Positions 30,339-40,967 are shown, numbered from the stretch's first letter. The stretch is 64,000 bases of DNA from an uncultured Desulfatitalea sp. (GCA_963668675.2 CAXXMB010000002.1:672001-736000), one strand, 5' to 3'. Made by a program: numbers and translations. The notes: generated by a model not told the origin, from the letters alone.

Positions 30339-30425
30339 TTCTTTGGTATTTCCAAATACGGCTCCAGGCGCAAGCTGTCACAGCCACCCGGATTGTTCGG
30401 TATTTCCCGAAAACAAAAAGGAAAA

Positions 30426-31673
30426 TTATCGCAAATGGTTGACAAACGCTTCGGTCAGGATCGGAAAGTCTCGCTTCGGCACATCACAACTTGAATAGAC
30501 AGCTTCCCACTCGGATAGGAATATCTCCTTCATATGATCGATGACGGCTTGCCCCTCCTCCTGGGTCAGACCAAATACGGGGCAGGAAGACAATGCGTTG
30601 CCCAGGGAGGCTTCCCGGCTACCATTTATACCGACGCCAAGCGTCAAAAGCCGGGGCACCTTTGGTCCCATATCGGGCTGGGGAACAATATCATATGCCG
30701 GCGAGAGACGCCACCCCTGGCCGGGCTCATGAATAAACCCGTGATTGCGCAAATGATCGTCTGAGTTGTTGCATAAGATATTGAACACCATGCGCATGAA
30801 AAGCTGTTTCAAATCATCCTTGATGAATGCCGCCGCTCCATATCTTCTCATCTGAACCGCAATCTCCTGGTAACTGCCCTCATTGATCCGATCCGTCCCC
30901 ATCAAAGTGGCGGCTGAAATAAACGGAATGCGGTTACCCGAGGCGTCGCGGTCAAATCTCGCAACCAGAAAGAGATCCCTGTCGCCCACCATAAGGGTTT
31001 CAGACGCCGGCACCTCTATTCCGCACATCGCAGCCAACTGCAGATTTGCATTTTCGATGCGGCAGGTGTTCCAGGCGTCATACTGCCGGCCGAATTTGGC
31101 AATCCACATGCGGCCTTGGTGCATGGTGGGCGCTTTGGGCTGGGCGCCTCCCAGGGAGGATCCCCGCATGAGAAAACGGCGATATTGCGGTGAGAGCTTT
31201 CCCGCACTTTCGATCTGATCCACGGCGGAAATCATATCGTCCAGATCCAATTCGGCGCCGTGAGGCGGATAGTTGGCCCACCCCGGATCGATCGGCGCGG
31301 GCCCCTGCTCAAGCGAAGATCCAAAACCAAGGGCACCAATCCGCTCCTCAACAGGCAGAGCGGTGAGGTATTCAAACTCTCCTGGCGAATGGGGATGGGC
31401 CACCCTGTCCAGCAGGTGGCGCCCCCAGCCATCGGGCGCCGCATCCCTGATCCCACCGAACAGAGGTGCATCCGGGGTCGAACTGAAAAGAGCCTCGCCC
31501 AAAGGGAGTTGAACCGGATCGATGGCAATGGCCTCTTTGCGTTGCAGATATCTCCGACCATACTGGAATGTTGAGAGGACCTCGCGGTTCTCTTCGCGAA
31601 TCGTCAAATATCCGCAAGGGATCCACTGTCCGCTCAGATGAATGAACACATAGGCTTCGTTCTCTTTAGCCAT
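30426..31673 (-). CDS. HipA-family toxin kinase
   Basis: DAAPDGWGR, SLGGAQPK, RFDR, NSDDHLRNHGF, LSPAYDIVP. Confidence 0.92.
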   Translation of the reverse strand: MAKENEAYVFIHLSGQWIPCGYLTIREENREVLSTFQYGRRYLQRKEAIAIDPVQLPLGEALFSSTPDAPLFGGIRDAAPDGWGRHLLDRVAHPHSPGEFEYLTALPVEERIGALGFGSSLEQGPAPIDPGWANYPPHGAELDLDDMISAVDQIESAGKLSPQYRRFLMRGSSLGGAQPKAPTMHQGRMWIAKFGRQYDAWNTCRIENANLQLAAMCGIEVPASETLMVGDRDLFLVARFDRDASGNRIPFISAATLMGTDRINEGSYQEIAVQMRRYGAAAFIKDDLKQLFMRMVFNILCNNSDDHLRNHGFIHEPGQGWRLSPAYDIVPQPDMGPKVPRLLTLGVGINGSREASLGNALSSCPVFGLTQEEGQAVIDHMKEIFLSEWEAVYSSCDVPKRDFPILTEAFVNHLR

Positions 31674-31700
31674 GAATCTCTGTCCATCATGATGTTCAAG

Positions 31701-32066
31701 TTAAAAATCGAGATCGACCTTGCGGGCGGACCGGACACGCTGTTTTCGTTCATAATTCTGTCGGTCGATGATATTTGCCGTTCGATCGGTTTCAGGACTG
31801 GCCAGATGGTCCAGATCGTTTTCAAGCCCCAGCGTTAAAAGCGCTGCCGCCAGAATCCCGAAGCTCACCCCCGGATCGCCAGACTCAAGCCGGTTAAGTG
31901 TCTTGCGGGTCACAAACATACGATCGGCCACCTCCTGCATGGTCATGCCGCGTCGTTTTCGCGCCAGTTGGATCTGCTGCCCCACCCGGGCCATCTTCTG
32001 CCGCAATAAAAGCGGCAACCCATCTCTGCCAAGCGTTTTATGTGTCATATTATACCCTTTAAACAA
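31701..32066 (-). CDS. XRE/HTH antitoxin (HipB-like)
   Basis: ARKRRGMTMQEVA..VTRKTLNRLESGDPGV HTH, directly upstream of HipA. Confidence 0.85.
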   Translation of the reverse strand: MFKGYNMTHKTLGRDGLPLLLRQKMARVGQQIQLARKRRGMTMQEVADRMFVTRKTLNRLESGDPGVSFGILAAALLTLGLENDLDHLASPETDRTANIIDRQNYERKQRVRSARKVDLDF

Positions 32067-32237
32067 TATTTATGGGTAAATAATATACCAAATCAACACA
32101 TTGTCAAGCCACATTGAGAAAGGACGGAGTGATAAGAGGGGGAAATAAGCAGGCGCAACGCCTGCGAATGTCTTCACTGCAGTCCGAATCGAAAAATGAT
32201 TCTGGCAAGAAGTTGCACCGACCATCAGGTTCAACCC

Positions 32238-35200
32238 CTACCGGCCGAACCAGTCTACCATCTCCCGGACACTCTTCTGGTCGAACTTGAGTCTGAACTT
32301 CGCGAAGGGACCTTCGGCCGTATAGTCTGCCGCTGAAAAGTCCTCGTCGTCGAAGCCGGTAAAGTTGTAGCCCAGGCTGACCCAGGCGTTCTTGAACATG
32401 GTGTAGCCCACCGACACCCCGGTGCGGTAGTCCATCTGGCCGGCATTCCAGGAGTGGAGCAGGCTGGCCTGCAAGCCCACATCCCACTCGGCGGTCAGAT
32501 CGCAGCGCGCCTCGAGGCCGGTCAAATCGGTGTACCCGGTGTAGCTCTGCTGATCGATGGTATCGAAGACATACTTGGCGCCGTATTGAAAAGCCATCTG
32601 CAAGCGATCGGCAGGTTTGTAGTTGGCGTTGAAGTGGTTGACGATGCGCCGGGCGTCGATGTCGCCAGCGGCATCATCGCAACTCTCGAATTTGTAGTCC
32701 AGCCGGTCGAAAACGATCCAGGTGGTGTTCTTGGGACGCCAGGCCATGCTGAGGCGCACCTCGCCATCCAGGGTCTCCTCGCCCGCATCCGTTTCCGTAT
32801 GGAACACCCTGGCACCGGCCGACAGGCCGAGCCCCCGGCGCACCTCGCCGGCGATACCGGAAATCAATCCCCACTTATCCTGCGTATCGGCCCAGCGGCT
32901 CTCCACGCGCCCGGTCCAGGACCACTGCTCGGCCTTGTACCCGAGCCCCAGGGTAGCGGCGGTGAACTCTTCGCTGGCACCGGCGGCAGTGGGCACATCG
33001 GTATCGAAGGGAGCATGATCATCGTTCTGGATGGTCTGGGAGCGGTCAAGCCCCGCATCGACAGACCAGCGGGAGTTGATCTGCCAATTCTGAAACAGGC
33101 CTAGGTTGGCGAACAGCCGTGATCCCTCCTCCTGGGATTCACGTCCGACCGAAGTGCCGACTTGACCGCCGTTCCAGGGTGTGGCCTTGAAGCCGACGCG
33201 GCTGCTCTGGGTGTCCTGGCTCTCGCCCTGGGTGATTTCGTGCTCTGCGAAGAGGGTGACCGGCTCGGCCACTTTGTAATCGGCACCGATGATCGTGCGC
33301 GTGGGAAAATCAACGCTGTCGTTGTCCCCGAAAAGGGATTGTTCGTGGTTCAGGCGAAGCTGGACCCGGTTGTCGAAGAACATCCGCGACGCGCCGGCCA
33401 ACAGCTGGGTCGAGCGGTCGGCGCTGCCGTCGTCATATTTATCTTCGGCCGTGCGCGCCCCCAGGCTGAGGGTGTTGTGTGGGTTGCGATAGACCAGGCT
33501 CGCTTCGGCCAGATCGCGTTGGGCATGGGTGGCCAGGTTGTCTGAACGGTAGGCCTCTCCGGCAAGGGTCCACTGCTCCTTAAATCGCCAGGCCGCGTCG
33601 CCCCCTACCTTGCGGGTGGCGCTTTCACTGCCGTTCTGTTGTCCCAGCCCGAAACCTTCCCCCAGCTCGCGGTAGTAGACCCGGCCGTCGAAATCAGCTG
33701 TTCTCCTGCTCAACTCGGCCAAGTAACCTTCTCCACTGATCTCATCGCCGCTTTCGTCCTTCCGGCTGGAGGATACTTCAGCTTTGACCTTGAAACCCTT
33801 GCCCAGATCGACCTGGGCATCCAAGCCACCAAGATCACCTTCGGCATTGTCAGGCCCTTCGTGGATGTAAGTGGCCCCAACCTCGATGCGGTCATCGAAG
33901 AGTTTAGTCGATCCGCGCCCACCGTAAGTGTAACTGTCGTCCGAGGCGTTTTCGGATTCGTACTCGACCACGATGTAGATGGGATTGAAGGCCGCATCGC
34001 GGCTGTATACCGGAGACTTGAAAAAGAGGGAGCCGCTGTCGTAGTCGATGCTGTAGTCCACAAAACGCGTCAGACTGACCGAGGAGAGAATGATCTCGCT
34101 GCGGAAGCGGTCACGGGTTTCGATGGTAACCTTGTCCGAATTGGTGACGATGTTGCGGCGCGACAGGTAGTAGAGCCCAGAAGTGCCATTGCCCTGGATT
34201 TCATCCTTCACGTAGGCCTGACGGGTATCGGTGGCAAAGAGCGAATAGCCGAAACGGTCGCCGCTGTACTCCGATTTAAGACCGTTGAAACTGCGGCTGT
34301 AGCGGGAGAGCTCGGTCACGGTCAAGCCGGTGTCGTAGTCGCCGAACATGGCGTAGAAGCGGTCTCGCTCGATCTTGAGGTATAGTTTGCGGATGCTGGC
34401 CGCTTCATACTGCTGCTGGGTCGTGTCGCCGTATAGGGTGTAGTAACTCTCCGGATCGATGGTTTGAAACAGGCGGTTGTCCGGATCGTCGCGATCCTTG
34501 TCCGAATCGTAGGCAGCGGTCAGCAGCCAGCTGCCCTTGATCTTGCCCTTGGCAAAGAAGGCCAGCCGCCCCTCTTTGTAGAAGTCCTCTTCCATATCAG
34601 CCGCATCGAGCTGCTCCATGTTGCCACTGGCCGTGTTGTAGCCGGCCGTGCCTTCGGCCAGGCCCACCAGGATCCATTCACGCGCTTCGGGCCGCAGCCA
34701 GGCCTGTACCTCCTCCTCACGCCCGTCCAAAAGGAGGCGGACCACCACTTTGCCACTTCGGGTGGTCGGCTGAAGCCGGATACGGGCGATCCCGTCCCGT
34801 CCGACGGCGTATCGCAACTGCTGTGAATCGACCTGCGGCAGACCGTCGCGCATCAGGTCGAATTTTGAGTATGCTTCGTGGGGTGGCAGAACGTGATACT
34901 CACCCAAAACGCCGAAGCGCGCCGGATGGCCATCCTTGTCGGTCAGGCGAACGGCAATCTCTGGCACACGCTTTCCGTTGGCGATGAGCTGGGATGCCGC
35001 TTCGATCACTTCGGCTTCGACCGGCATGCCTGCGTAATAGACGGTGCGCTCGATCCGGCCCGCGACATTGCCCAAGGCATCCCGGCGTTCGGCCACCAGA
35101 CGGTTGGCGCCGTCCTTGATCCCCACGCCGGCCCAATAGCTCACCGCGACGGTGCCGGCCCCGTTGACGCGGGTGCCTTCGAAAGTCAATCCGTTGAGCT

Positions 35201-38200
35201 CCCTCCCGTCGAGCATCACCCTCACCTGTTCGGATGGGTCGTGCTGAACGGCGATCTTGATGCTGGGGATGGACGGGTAGAACCTTTCGTCCGGTGTCAG
35301 CCACCCGAAGCCCGGCGACAAGGTGTCGATGCCGATCCGGCTGAAATCCTGGACCTCTGGGGTTTCCGGCTTTTGTTCGGGCAGAGCCGCGGGAGATGTC
35401 GCCCGCCGTCCCAGGGTGGCAGCGCTGGTCTGGTCTTCGCACTTTATCGTGGCGATGTCGTGGACCACTTTAACTTTGACCGACAGCACCGTAACCGCCA
35501 CGCGCCGATTGATCGCCCGACCGGCTTCGGTCGCGTTGCTCTCCAGCGGCTGGGTGTCGCCCCGGCCGCTGACCGTCATCTGATCGGGGGACAGCTTCAA
35601 CCGATCGGCCAGGTATGCGGCTACCTTACGGGCACGCGCCAGGGAGAGGGCCTGGTTGTCTCGAAACAGGTGCCGTTTGTCTGTTCTGATCGGCAAGTTG
35701 TCGGTGTGGCCCACCACCATCACATGCTCGATTTCAAATGCACCGAGTTGCCGGGCCATCTGGTCGAGCACCTTTCTCCCCTCGGGCAGCAACACGTCGC
35801 TGAAGCTTTCGAACTGGGGTCGTACAATAATAGGGGCCTGTATCTCGCGGGTGCGCTGCTCGGACAGGGCCAACACCGTGTCGATTGCATCGGTGCGCCG
35901 ATTCTTCTCGGAGGGGGTGTCGAAGGTGAGCAGCGCACGGGTGTGAAGCCTTCCCGGCTGCGCAGCGCCGTCGAGATTCACGTCGAACTGAAGGTCCATC
36001 TGCCGGCCGGCCTGTGCATCGCCCAATCGGTAGATCAGCACATTTTTCATCACCTGGGGATCGTCCACGGGGCGACTTGCCAGGCGGCTGCTGCCCGGGG
36101 CATAAAGGGCGCCCTCGGGCAGAATAATCGAAAGCCGCACGTTGCTGAGATCCACGTCGCGGGCATCGATCTGCGCTGCGAAGCTCACCCGCTTCTCCAC
36201 CAGGCCGCAGGACATCTTGAGCGCCGCCTCGCCGGAGGGCGGCGGCTTGGATTTGACGTGGAAGTCGGTCCGCCATAGGGTGCCGCCCTGCATCTCAACG
36301 AAGCGCGAGAAGGGGGTGCCGGCGGCACGGGTGTTGGATTCACACTCGAAGATCTCATATGGGTCGGGCAGGCTCTCCAGATCGAGCTGGACCACATGAG
36401 CGCCCGAACTGACGCCTTCGATGTGGAACATGCCTTGATCGTCGGTAATCACATAGGTGCCGTCTTCCAGGTAGATGCGAACACCGGGTACGCCGTCGGC
36501 CTCCTCGGTGGGGGTATCGGCGCAGTTGTCGGCAATGACCCGGCCAACGATGGTATTTTTACTACGCCACAACTCATCCTTGACCGTGACGGTGGCGGTG
36601 GACGTATTGGAGGTCAGGCCGTTGGCGCTCTCTGCCCGGGCACTGTTTTTTGCTTCGCCGATCCTGGCACCGGCCCCGATTTCGGTCACATAGCGCAGCT
36701 CCGTGACAGTACCGTCCGGCATGTCGCCGAGGGTGAAGCGCAGCGTGCGTCCATCGGAAGAGATCACCGGATCGCCGGCGGCCTGGCCGTCCATTCGGGC
36801 CGATCCCTGGCGGTAGCGAAATCCCAGGGGCAGGTGATCCTCTATGGTGAGGCTGGAGGCGGTCAATCCAGCGCCGTTCTGGATGGTCAGGCGATACTGC
36901 ACGAAATCGCCGATGGCGGCTTCATCGCGATTGACACTCTTGAGAATCCACAAGCCGCTGATGCTCGGGTCTACCGGAATATCGATGCGCAACGCCGGCC
37001 CTGGGTTGATGAAGAAGACCTCGCCCCGGGAGCCGGGCTCGGCGATGGCGAACGGCGCGCCCGGCAGGGTCTGCAAGATAACAGTGGAGACGGTTGAGGG
37101 GGCCGCATAGCCGCTGGGCGGCTCTACTGCCAGTCGATAGGTCCCCGGTGCCACGAATGGAAAACGGTATGAACCGCTGGCGAATGCATACACCTTGCCA
37201 CTGCTGTCGATAAAGGTGCCGCCGGAGGTGACGGTCGAGGGAAAGGTGCTGACACCGTCGTCTCCGTAAACAACCGCCGGCTGTCCGGTGGCGGCATTGA
37301 CGAGCGTCACGGTGGCGTTGTCCACGGGCTGGCCGGTGCTGCTGTCGAAGACCAGACCATAGGGGTCCACCAGAATCGATGCGGCCACCGAGTCACTGCT
37401 GTCGGCCGCATCGATGTATTGGGCGCTGATCCGGGCGCCCTCGGTCACGTCGAGCAGTCCGTTGTAGGCCTGTACCGGCCCGAAACCTGAAGATTGCATG
37501 TAGCCTGCAAAGATGCCGCTGTCCGGTTCGGTTTCGGTGAGCAGCAACAGCTCGATGTCGCCCAAATCGGGCGTGGTCAGCTGCACCCAGATGGTCTCGG
37601 TCACGGCAGGATCGATGTTCTGATCCGTGTCGACCACCCGGATAAAGAGAGGCTCACCCTGGTGGTAGTAAACGACGGGTACCAGCGGCACCGCACTGCT
37701 CAAATCGATGGGGGTGGTGCTGCCGGCCGGATAGACGGCGGCGATCGTCTGGGGAGTGCCACCGGTGGTGCCGTCCGGGCTGTAGTCGGTGGTGGGCACC
37801 AGCACCTGTTCGGCGCCGCCCACCGAGGGGGCATACTGCAACAGCTCGATCTGGGAGGGGGTGCGCATCCAGGTGGTGGTGATCGAAACTGAGTTGGAAG
37901 AGATGGTCGTATCGATACCGTTGGCCCGAAAAAGGGCCTGGGCCGTGTTGTCGATGACCGTTCCCGGAGGAACGGCGTGGGCGGTTGCCGAAAAAATGAG
38001 CAGGAGAAGAAGAAGGAGCGTGCAAACCAAGCTCCATGCCCGGCCTGCACGCTTTGAACCATAGGAGAAAGATATTGAAGTCATTCGCCGGATGACAGAC
38101 CTTTTATGGAGCCGGCACGTGCACATGTCCACCGGGGCCAGGCACTGTTCTCCCATCCCGGTTTTCACGTGTATGTCTTTGTGTGCCAAAGCGTTCATTG

Positions 38201-38216
38201 CCGGTCTGTCACCCAA
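32238..38216 (-). CDS. Giant outer-membrane protein: DUF11 and SdrD-B-like Ig domains, OmpA-like peptidoglycan-binding domain, C-terminal beta-barrel
   Basis: Signal peptide ..ATAHA; complete DUF11 (ILKSV..IEDHLP..AKNSARA); GHTD..NQALSLARA..NRRV; ~800 aa of amphipathic strands; start may be 38084. Confidence 0.85.
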   Translation of the reverse strand: MGDRPAMNALAHKDIHVKTGMGEQCLAPVDMCTCRLHKRSVIRRMTSISFSYGSKRAGRAWSLVCTLLLLLLLIFSATAHAVPPGTVIDNTAQALFRANGIDTTISSNSVSITTTWMRTPSQIELLQYAPSVGGAEQVLVPTTDYSPDGTTGGTPQTIAAVYPAGSTTPIDLSSAVPLVPVVYYHQGEPLFIRVVDTDQNIDPAVTETIWVQLTTPDLGDIELLLLTETEPDSGIFAGYMQSSGFGPVQAYNGLLDVTEGARISAQYIDAADSSDSVAASILVDPYGLVFDSSTGQPVDNATVTLVNAATGQPAVVYGDDGVSTFPSTVTSGGTFIDSSGKVYAFASGSYRFPFVAPGTYRLAVEPPSGYAAPSTVSTVILQTLPGAPFAIAEPGSRGEVFFINPGPALRIDIPVDPSISGLWILKSVNRDEAAIGDFVQYRLTIQNGAGLTASSLTIEDHLPLGFRYRQGSARMDGQAAGDPVISSDGRTLRFTLGDMPDGTVTELRYVTEIGAGARIGEAKNSARAESANGLTSNTSTATVTVKDELWRSKNTIVGRVIADNCADTPTEEADGVPGVRIYLEDGTYVITDDQGMFHIEGVSSGAHVVQLDLESLPDPYEIFECESNTRAAGTPFSRFVEMQGGTLWRTDFHVKSKPPPSGEAALKMSCGLVEKRVSFAAQIDARDVDLSNVRLSIILPEGALYAPGSSRLASRPVDDPQVMKNVLIYRLGDAQAGRQMDLQFDVNLDGAAQPGRLHTRALLTFDTPSEKNRRTDAIDTVLALSEQRTREIQAPIIVRPQFESFSDVLLPEGRKVLDQMARQLGAFEIEHVMVVGHTDNLPIRTDKRHLFRDNQALSLARARKVAAYLADRLKLSPDQMTVSGRGDTQPLESNATEAGRAINRRVAVTVLSVKVKVVHDIATIKCEDQTSAATLGRRATSPAALPEQKPETPEVQDFSRIGIDTLSPGFGWLTPDERFYPSIPSIKIAVQHDPSEQVRVMLDGRELNGLTFEGTRVNGAGTVAVSYWAGVGIKDGANRLVAERRDALGNVAGRIERTVYYAGMPVEAEVIEAASQLIANGKRVPEIAVRLTDKDGHPARFGVLGEYHVLPPHEAYSKFDLMRDGLPQVDSQQLRYAVGRDGIARIRLQPTTRSGKVVVRLLLDGREEEVQAWLRPEAREWILVGLAEGTAGYNTASGNMEQLDAADMEEDFYKEGRLAFFAKGKIKGSWLLTAAYDSDKDRDDPDNRLFQTIDPESYYTLYGDTTQQQYEAASIRKLYLKIERDRFYAMFGDYDTGLTVTELSRYSRSFNGLKSEYSGDRFGYSLFATDTRQAYVKDEIQGNGTSGLYYLSRRNIVTNSDKVTIETRDRFRSEIILSSVSLTRFVDYSIDYDSGSLFFKSPVYSRDAAFNPIYIVVEYESENASDDSYTYGGRGSTKLFDDRIEVGATYIHEGPDNAEGDLGGLDAQVDLGKGFKVKAEVSSSRKDESGDEISGEGYLAELSRRTADFDGRVYYRELGEGFGLGQQNGSESATRKVGGDAAWRFKEQWTLAGEAYRSDNLATHAQRDLAEASLVYRNPHNTLSLGARTAEDKYDDGSADRSTQLLAGASRMFFDNRVQLRLNHEQSLFGDNDSVDFPTRTIIGADYKVAEPVTLFAEHEITQGESQDTQSSRVGFKATPWNGGQVGTSVGRESQEEGSRLFANLGLFQNWQINSRWSVDAGLDRSQTIQNDDHAPFDTDVPTAAGASEEFTAATLGLGYKAEQWSWTGRVESRWADTQDKWGLISGIAGEVRRGLGLSAGARVFHTETDAGEETLDGEVRLSMAWRPKNTTWIVFDRLDYKFESCDDAAGDIDARRIVNHFNANYKPADRLQMAFQYGAKYVFDTIDQQSYTGYTDLTGLEARCDLTAEWDVGLQASLLHSWNAGQMDYRTGVSVGYTMFKNAWVSLGYNFTGFDDEDFSAADYTAEGPFAKFRLKFDQKSVREMVDWFGR

Positions 38217-38227
38217 TCGTTTGCATG

Positions 38228-39247
38228 TTATTCGATGGTCACCCTGAAGGTGATCGGAATCATGGTGCTGATCGCCAGGTCGGTCGGCAGGGTTACGGTA
38301 ATCTGCTCAGGTGGTCCGGCCACGTAGGTCACTTGCGCACTTGCGTCGGCATATGCTGTTCCGTCAATCTCCACCGAGTCGGCGACATAGATCAGGTTCG
38401 CCGGAATCTCGTCGGTCAGGGTCACATTAGAGGCGGGCAATAGACCGCTGGTATTGGTGATTTCGACCCGGTACTCGATCACCGAACCGGGAATCCGGAA
38501 ATAGGGCGGCCCACTGTTCACACCGTCGCTGATGACCGAAGAGCTCTTGGCAGCCGTCAGGGTCACGTCCACCACCTCAAACAGCGCATTGGCGGAGTGG
38601 AGCCCGTTGTAGGCAACGTCTCCGGTCGAGGTACCGGCGTCATCGGCGTACACATTGTCCGAAACCCCGAGAGTATCAGTTGCTGCCTCGGCCACGTTGG
38701 CGGTGGCGATCAGATGATAGGTACCGGTCTGGCCGGCGGTTGCGCCGACGGGTGCATCACCTACGATGTAGATGGTCAAGGCATTGGCAGGGTCGCGGTC
38801 CACATTGATGGTGGGGGTCGGACCGGGAACCGGGGTGTCTTCAGCTGCCTGAAAGCCCGGTGTCGTGCCGTCTTCCTGGTAGTAGGCGATATTGGTCATC
38901 ACCAACGCGCCGGCCTGCTCATTGCTCAGGACGATGGGCAAGGCTGCAGCGCTGTTTCCGTCATTGGTGACCGTGAAGGCGAGGTACTGGCTGGTGCTAC
39001 CGGCAACGACGGGCTGTGGGGTTAGAGTCAATGGCGCAACGACCGGTCTCACTTTGTGGTCGACTACAAAACTGGCAGTGGTAGATGTCGCGTTCAAGGT
39101 GGGCGATCCGCCCACGCTGAATTCGATTTCGGCCGTATTGTCGATAGTGATGCCGGCGCCGGTATCGGTCACTGCGGCGAACGCCGGATAGACGCCTGCC
39201 ATGGTCAAGAGAAAAAAAACGATGGTCAGTTTAGATAGATACTTCAT
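38228..39247 (-). CDS. Secreted DUF11-domain protein, putative major fimbrial subunit
   Basis: Signal peptide; GITIDNTAEIEF; C-terminal AAKSS..PGSVIEYRVEITN..LTDEIP..FRVTIE*; strong AAGGAGG RBS. Confidence 0.8.
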   Translation of the reverse strand: MKYLSKLTIVFFLLTMAGVYPAFAAVTDTGAGITIDNTAEIEFSVGGSPTLNATSTTASFVVDHKVRPVVAPLTLTPQPVVAGSTSQYLAFTVTNDGNSAAALPIVLSNEQAGALVMTNIAYYQEDGTTPGFQAAEDTPVPGPTPTINVDRDPANALTIYIVGDAPVGATAGQTGTYHLIATANVAEAATDTLGVSDNVYADDAGTSTGDVAYNGLHSANALFEVVDVTLTAAKSSSVISDGVNSGPPYFRIPGSVIEYRVEITNTSGLLPASNVTLTDEIPANLIYVADSVEIDGTAYADASAQVTYVAGPPEQITVTLPTDLAISTMIPITFRVTIE

Positions 39248-39298
39248 TTCGAACCTCCTTTAGCCGTTAACGTACAGATTCAGTTGTTGTTCGTTGTT

Positions 39299-39793
39299 TT
39301 ATTGCAAAATCGCCCGAAAGCTCACCTCACCCTTGGCGCCTGGCGGCAGGGGGTCGCCAAACGACCAGCGGATGTGGGTGTAATCCTGAGGCCGGGCCGG
39401 AAATTTGCGGCCCGACGCATCGAAGATGAAGAGCTTGGCCGGTGCATCGTATGTTTTGCCGCCGTCCACGGAGAAGGTGATCATAGTCCCCATGCCCCGG
39501 GCCGAGTTCTGTGTGTAGATCATGTGCTCGGGCATGGGGTTGGTGATCACCGCGTTTTCGGCGGCTTCTTTGCCTGTGTTTTCGTAAAGGGTCGTAAAGA
39601 TCACTTCGTTGCCGGGCAGCACTTTGGTTGCCTTGACGCGCTGCACCTCTTTTTTGCCCTCCTGGTTGAAGCGTTCCACTTCCACTTCGGCCACGCTCGT
39701 GAGCTGGATTTGGCCCTGGGCATGCGCCCAGACGGCCGTCAGCGCGACCAGAACGATCACAATGCCTGGGATAAACGCTCTCTTCGGTTGCAT
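39299..39793 (-). CDS. Small periplasmic DUF11-like protein, putative chaperone/cap
   Basis: Signal peptide; PGNEVIFTTLYENTG..VITNPMP..THIRW..VSFRAILQ*. Confidence 0.78.
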   Translation of the reverse strand: MQPKRAFIPGIVIVLVALTAVWAHAQGQIQLTSVAEVEVERFNQEGKKEVQRVKATKVLPGNEVIFTTLYENTGKEAAENAVITNPMPEHMIYTQNSARGMGTMITFSVDGGKTYDAPAKLFIFDASGRKFPARPQDYTHIRWSFGDPLPPGAKGEVSFRAILQ

Positions 39794-39809
39794 GGTGGTT
39801 CTCCTTCTC

Positions 39810-40862
39810 CTAATTGATGGTTGTGGTAAATTCGATCGTATGGGTGGCCGGGGCCACCGTGTCTTGCAACTCTACGGTCACCGTGTCGGCGCTGGTGACA
39901 TTGAAATCCGTATGGTCCGCCGGTGCGTCGGCTGCATCGGTTTGGGGGGTGCCGTCCAGTACGATGCTGCCAGCCACATAGGTCGTGTCGGCTGGAATAA
40001 CATCGACAATGGTCAAGGCCTCAGCCGCACCGCTGCCGCCGATCTGCACGGTCAGCCGATAAGTGACCCGGGCACCGGGATAGGGTTCGTTTCCACCCGA
40101 CAGGTCCTCGATGGCGGCAATGCTCTTGGTCAACTGCACATTGACGGCGGCAACCACATAGGTGCCGATCGCTTCGCTGTGGCCATTGCTGTTACCGACG
40201 ACGGCACTGCCACCGTTCAGTCCGGCCCCGGGCAGTTCGGTACCGGCCGCTGCGCCGGCTGCGCCGGGAGTGGCCGCCGCGGCGGTGAGGCTCACCCGTC
40301 CCGTCTGGCCGTCCCCCAAACCTGAGGGGATGTTGCTCAACAGGTAGATGAGAAGCGAGCCGTCGGGCGGCAGATCCGGTGTGGCCGCGCCCAGAACCGT
40401 ATCTGCAGGCGATCCTGTGGTCTGCAAACCGGGCTGGCCGTTGCTCTCCAGCCAGATCGACTGGGCGAGGGGATCAAAATCATCACTGCCCAGAGCATCA
40501 TTGTAAGCAAAGGTGAAGGCTTCCGGGCCGTTACCTGTGTTGGTCAGCAGGAAGGTAAGGGGACGTTCCGTTTGGGGCGTATTGACCGTCACGTCGGCTG
40601 CATCCTGCCACACGACGATCGTATTGATCACCTCCAGCACCTCGAAGCTGTCCATGGCGGTGACCGTTTGGGGGGTGGGATCGGCTCCCATGGTGTAGGT
40701 CGCGGTCGCCGTGTTGGCAATCACCGTACCTGCCGCAGTGCCCAGGGCCCAGGCCGGAGCGGTGGTACCCAGCAGCAGAGACGTTGCCCACACCAGGCCG
40801 ACGAGCCCGGAGAGGGTATGGCGCCACTTGTTTTCTTCCTTTAGCCGAAACACGCGAAACAA
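39810..40862 (-). CDS. Secreted DUF11-domain protein, putative minor/adaptor subunit
   Basis: ..PAWA-LGTAAGTVIANTATATY; C-terminal LTKS..PGARVTYRL..IVDVIP..IEFTTTIN*. Confidence 0.8.
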   Translation of the reverse strand: MFRVFRLKEENKWRHTLSGLVGLVWATSLLLGTTAPAWALGTAAGTVIANTATATYTMGADPTPQTVTAMDSFEVLEVINTIVVWQDAADVTVNTPQTERPLTFLLTNTGNGPEAFTFAYNDALGSDDFDPLAQSIWLESNGQPGLQTTGSPADTVLGAATPDLPPDGSLLIYLLSNIPSGLGDGQTGRVSLTAAAATPGAAGAAAGTELPGAGLNGGSAVVGNSNGHSEAIGTYVVAAVNVQLTKSIAAIEDLSGGNEPYPGARVTYRLTVQIGGSGAAEALTIVDVIPADTTYVAGSIVLDGTPQTDAADAPADHTDFNVTSADTVTVELQDTVAPATHTIEFTTTIN

Positions 40863-40967
40863 TCCTTTGCTTTAACTGCCGCAAGTGCTGCCGCTGCGAG
40901 GGGTGCGGTTTTCCTTGCGGGTCTGTTCTGCTTCGTTTACTTCACGACAACTCCTTCTGACTCACTG

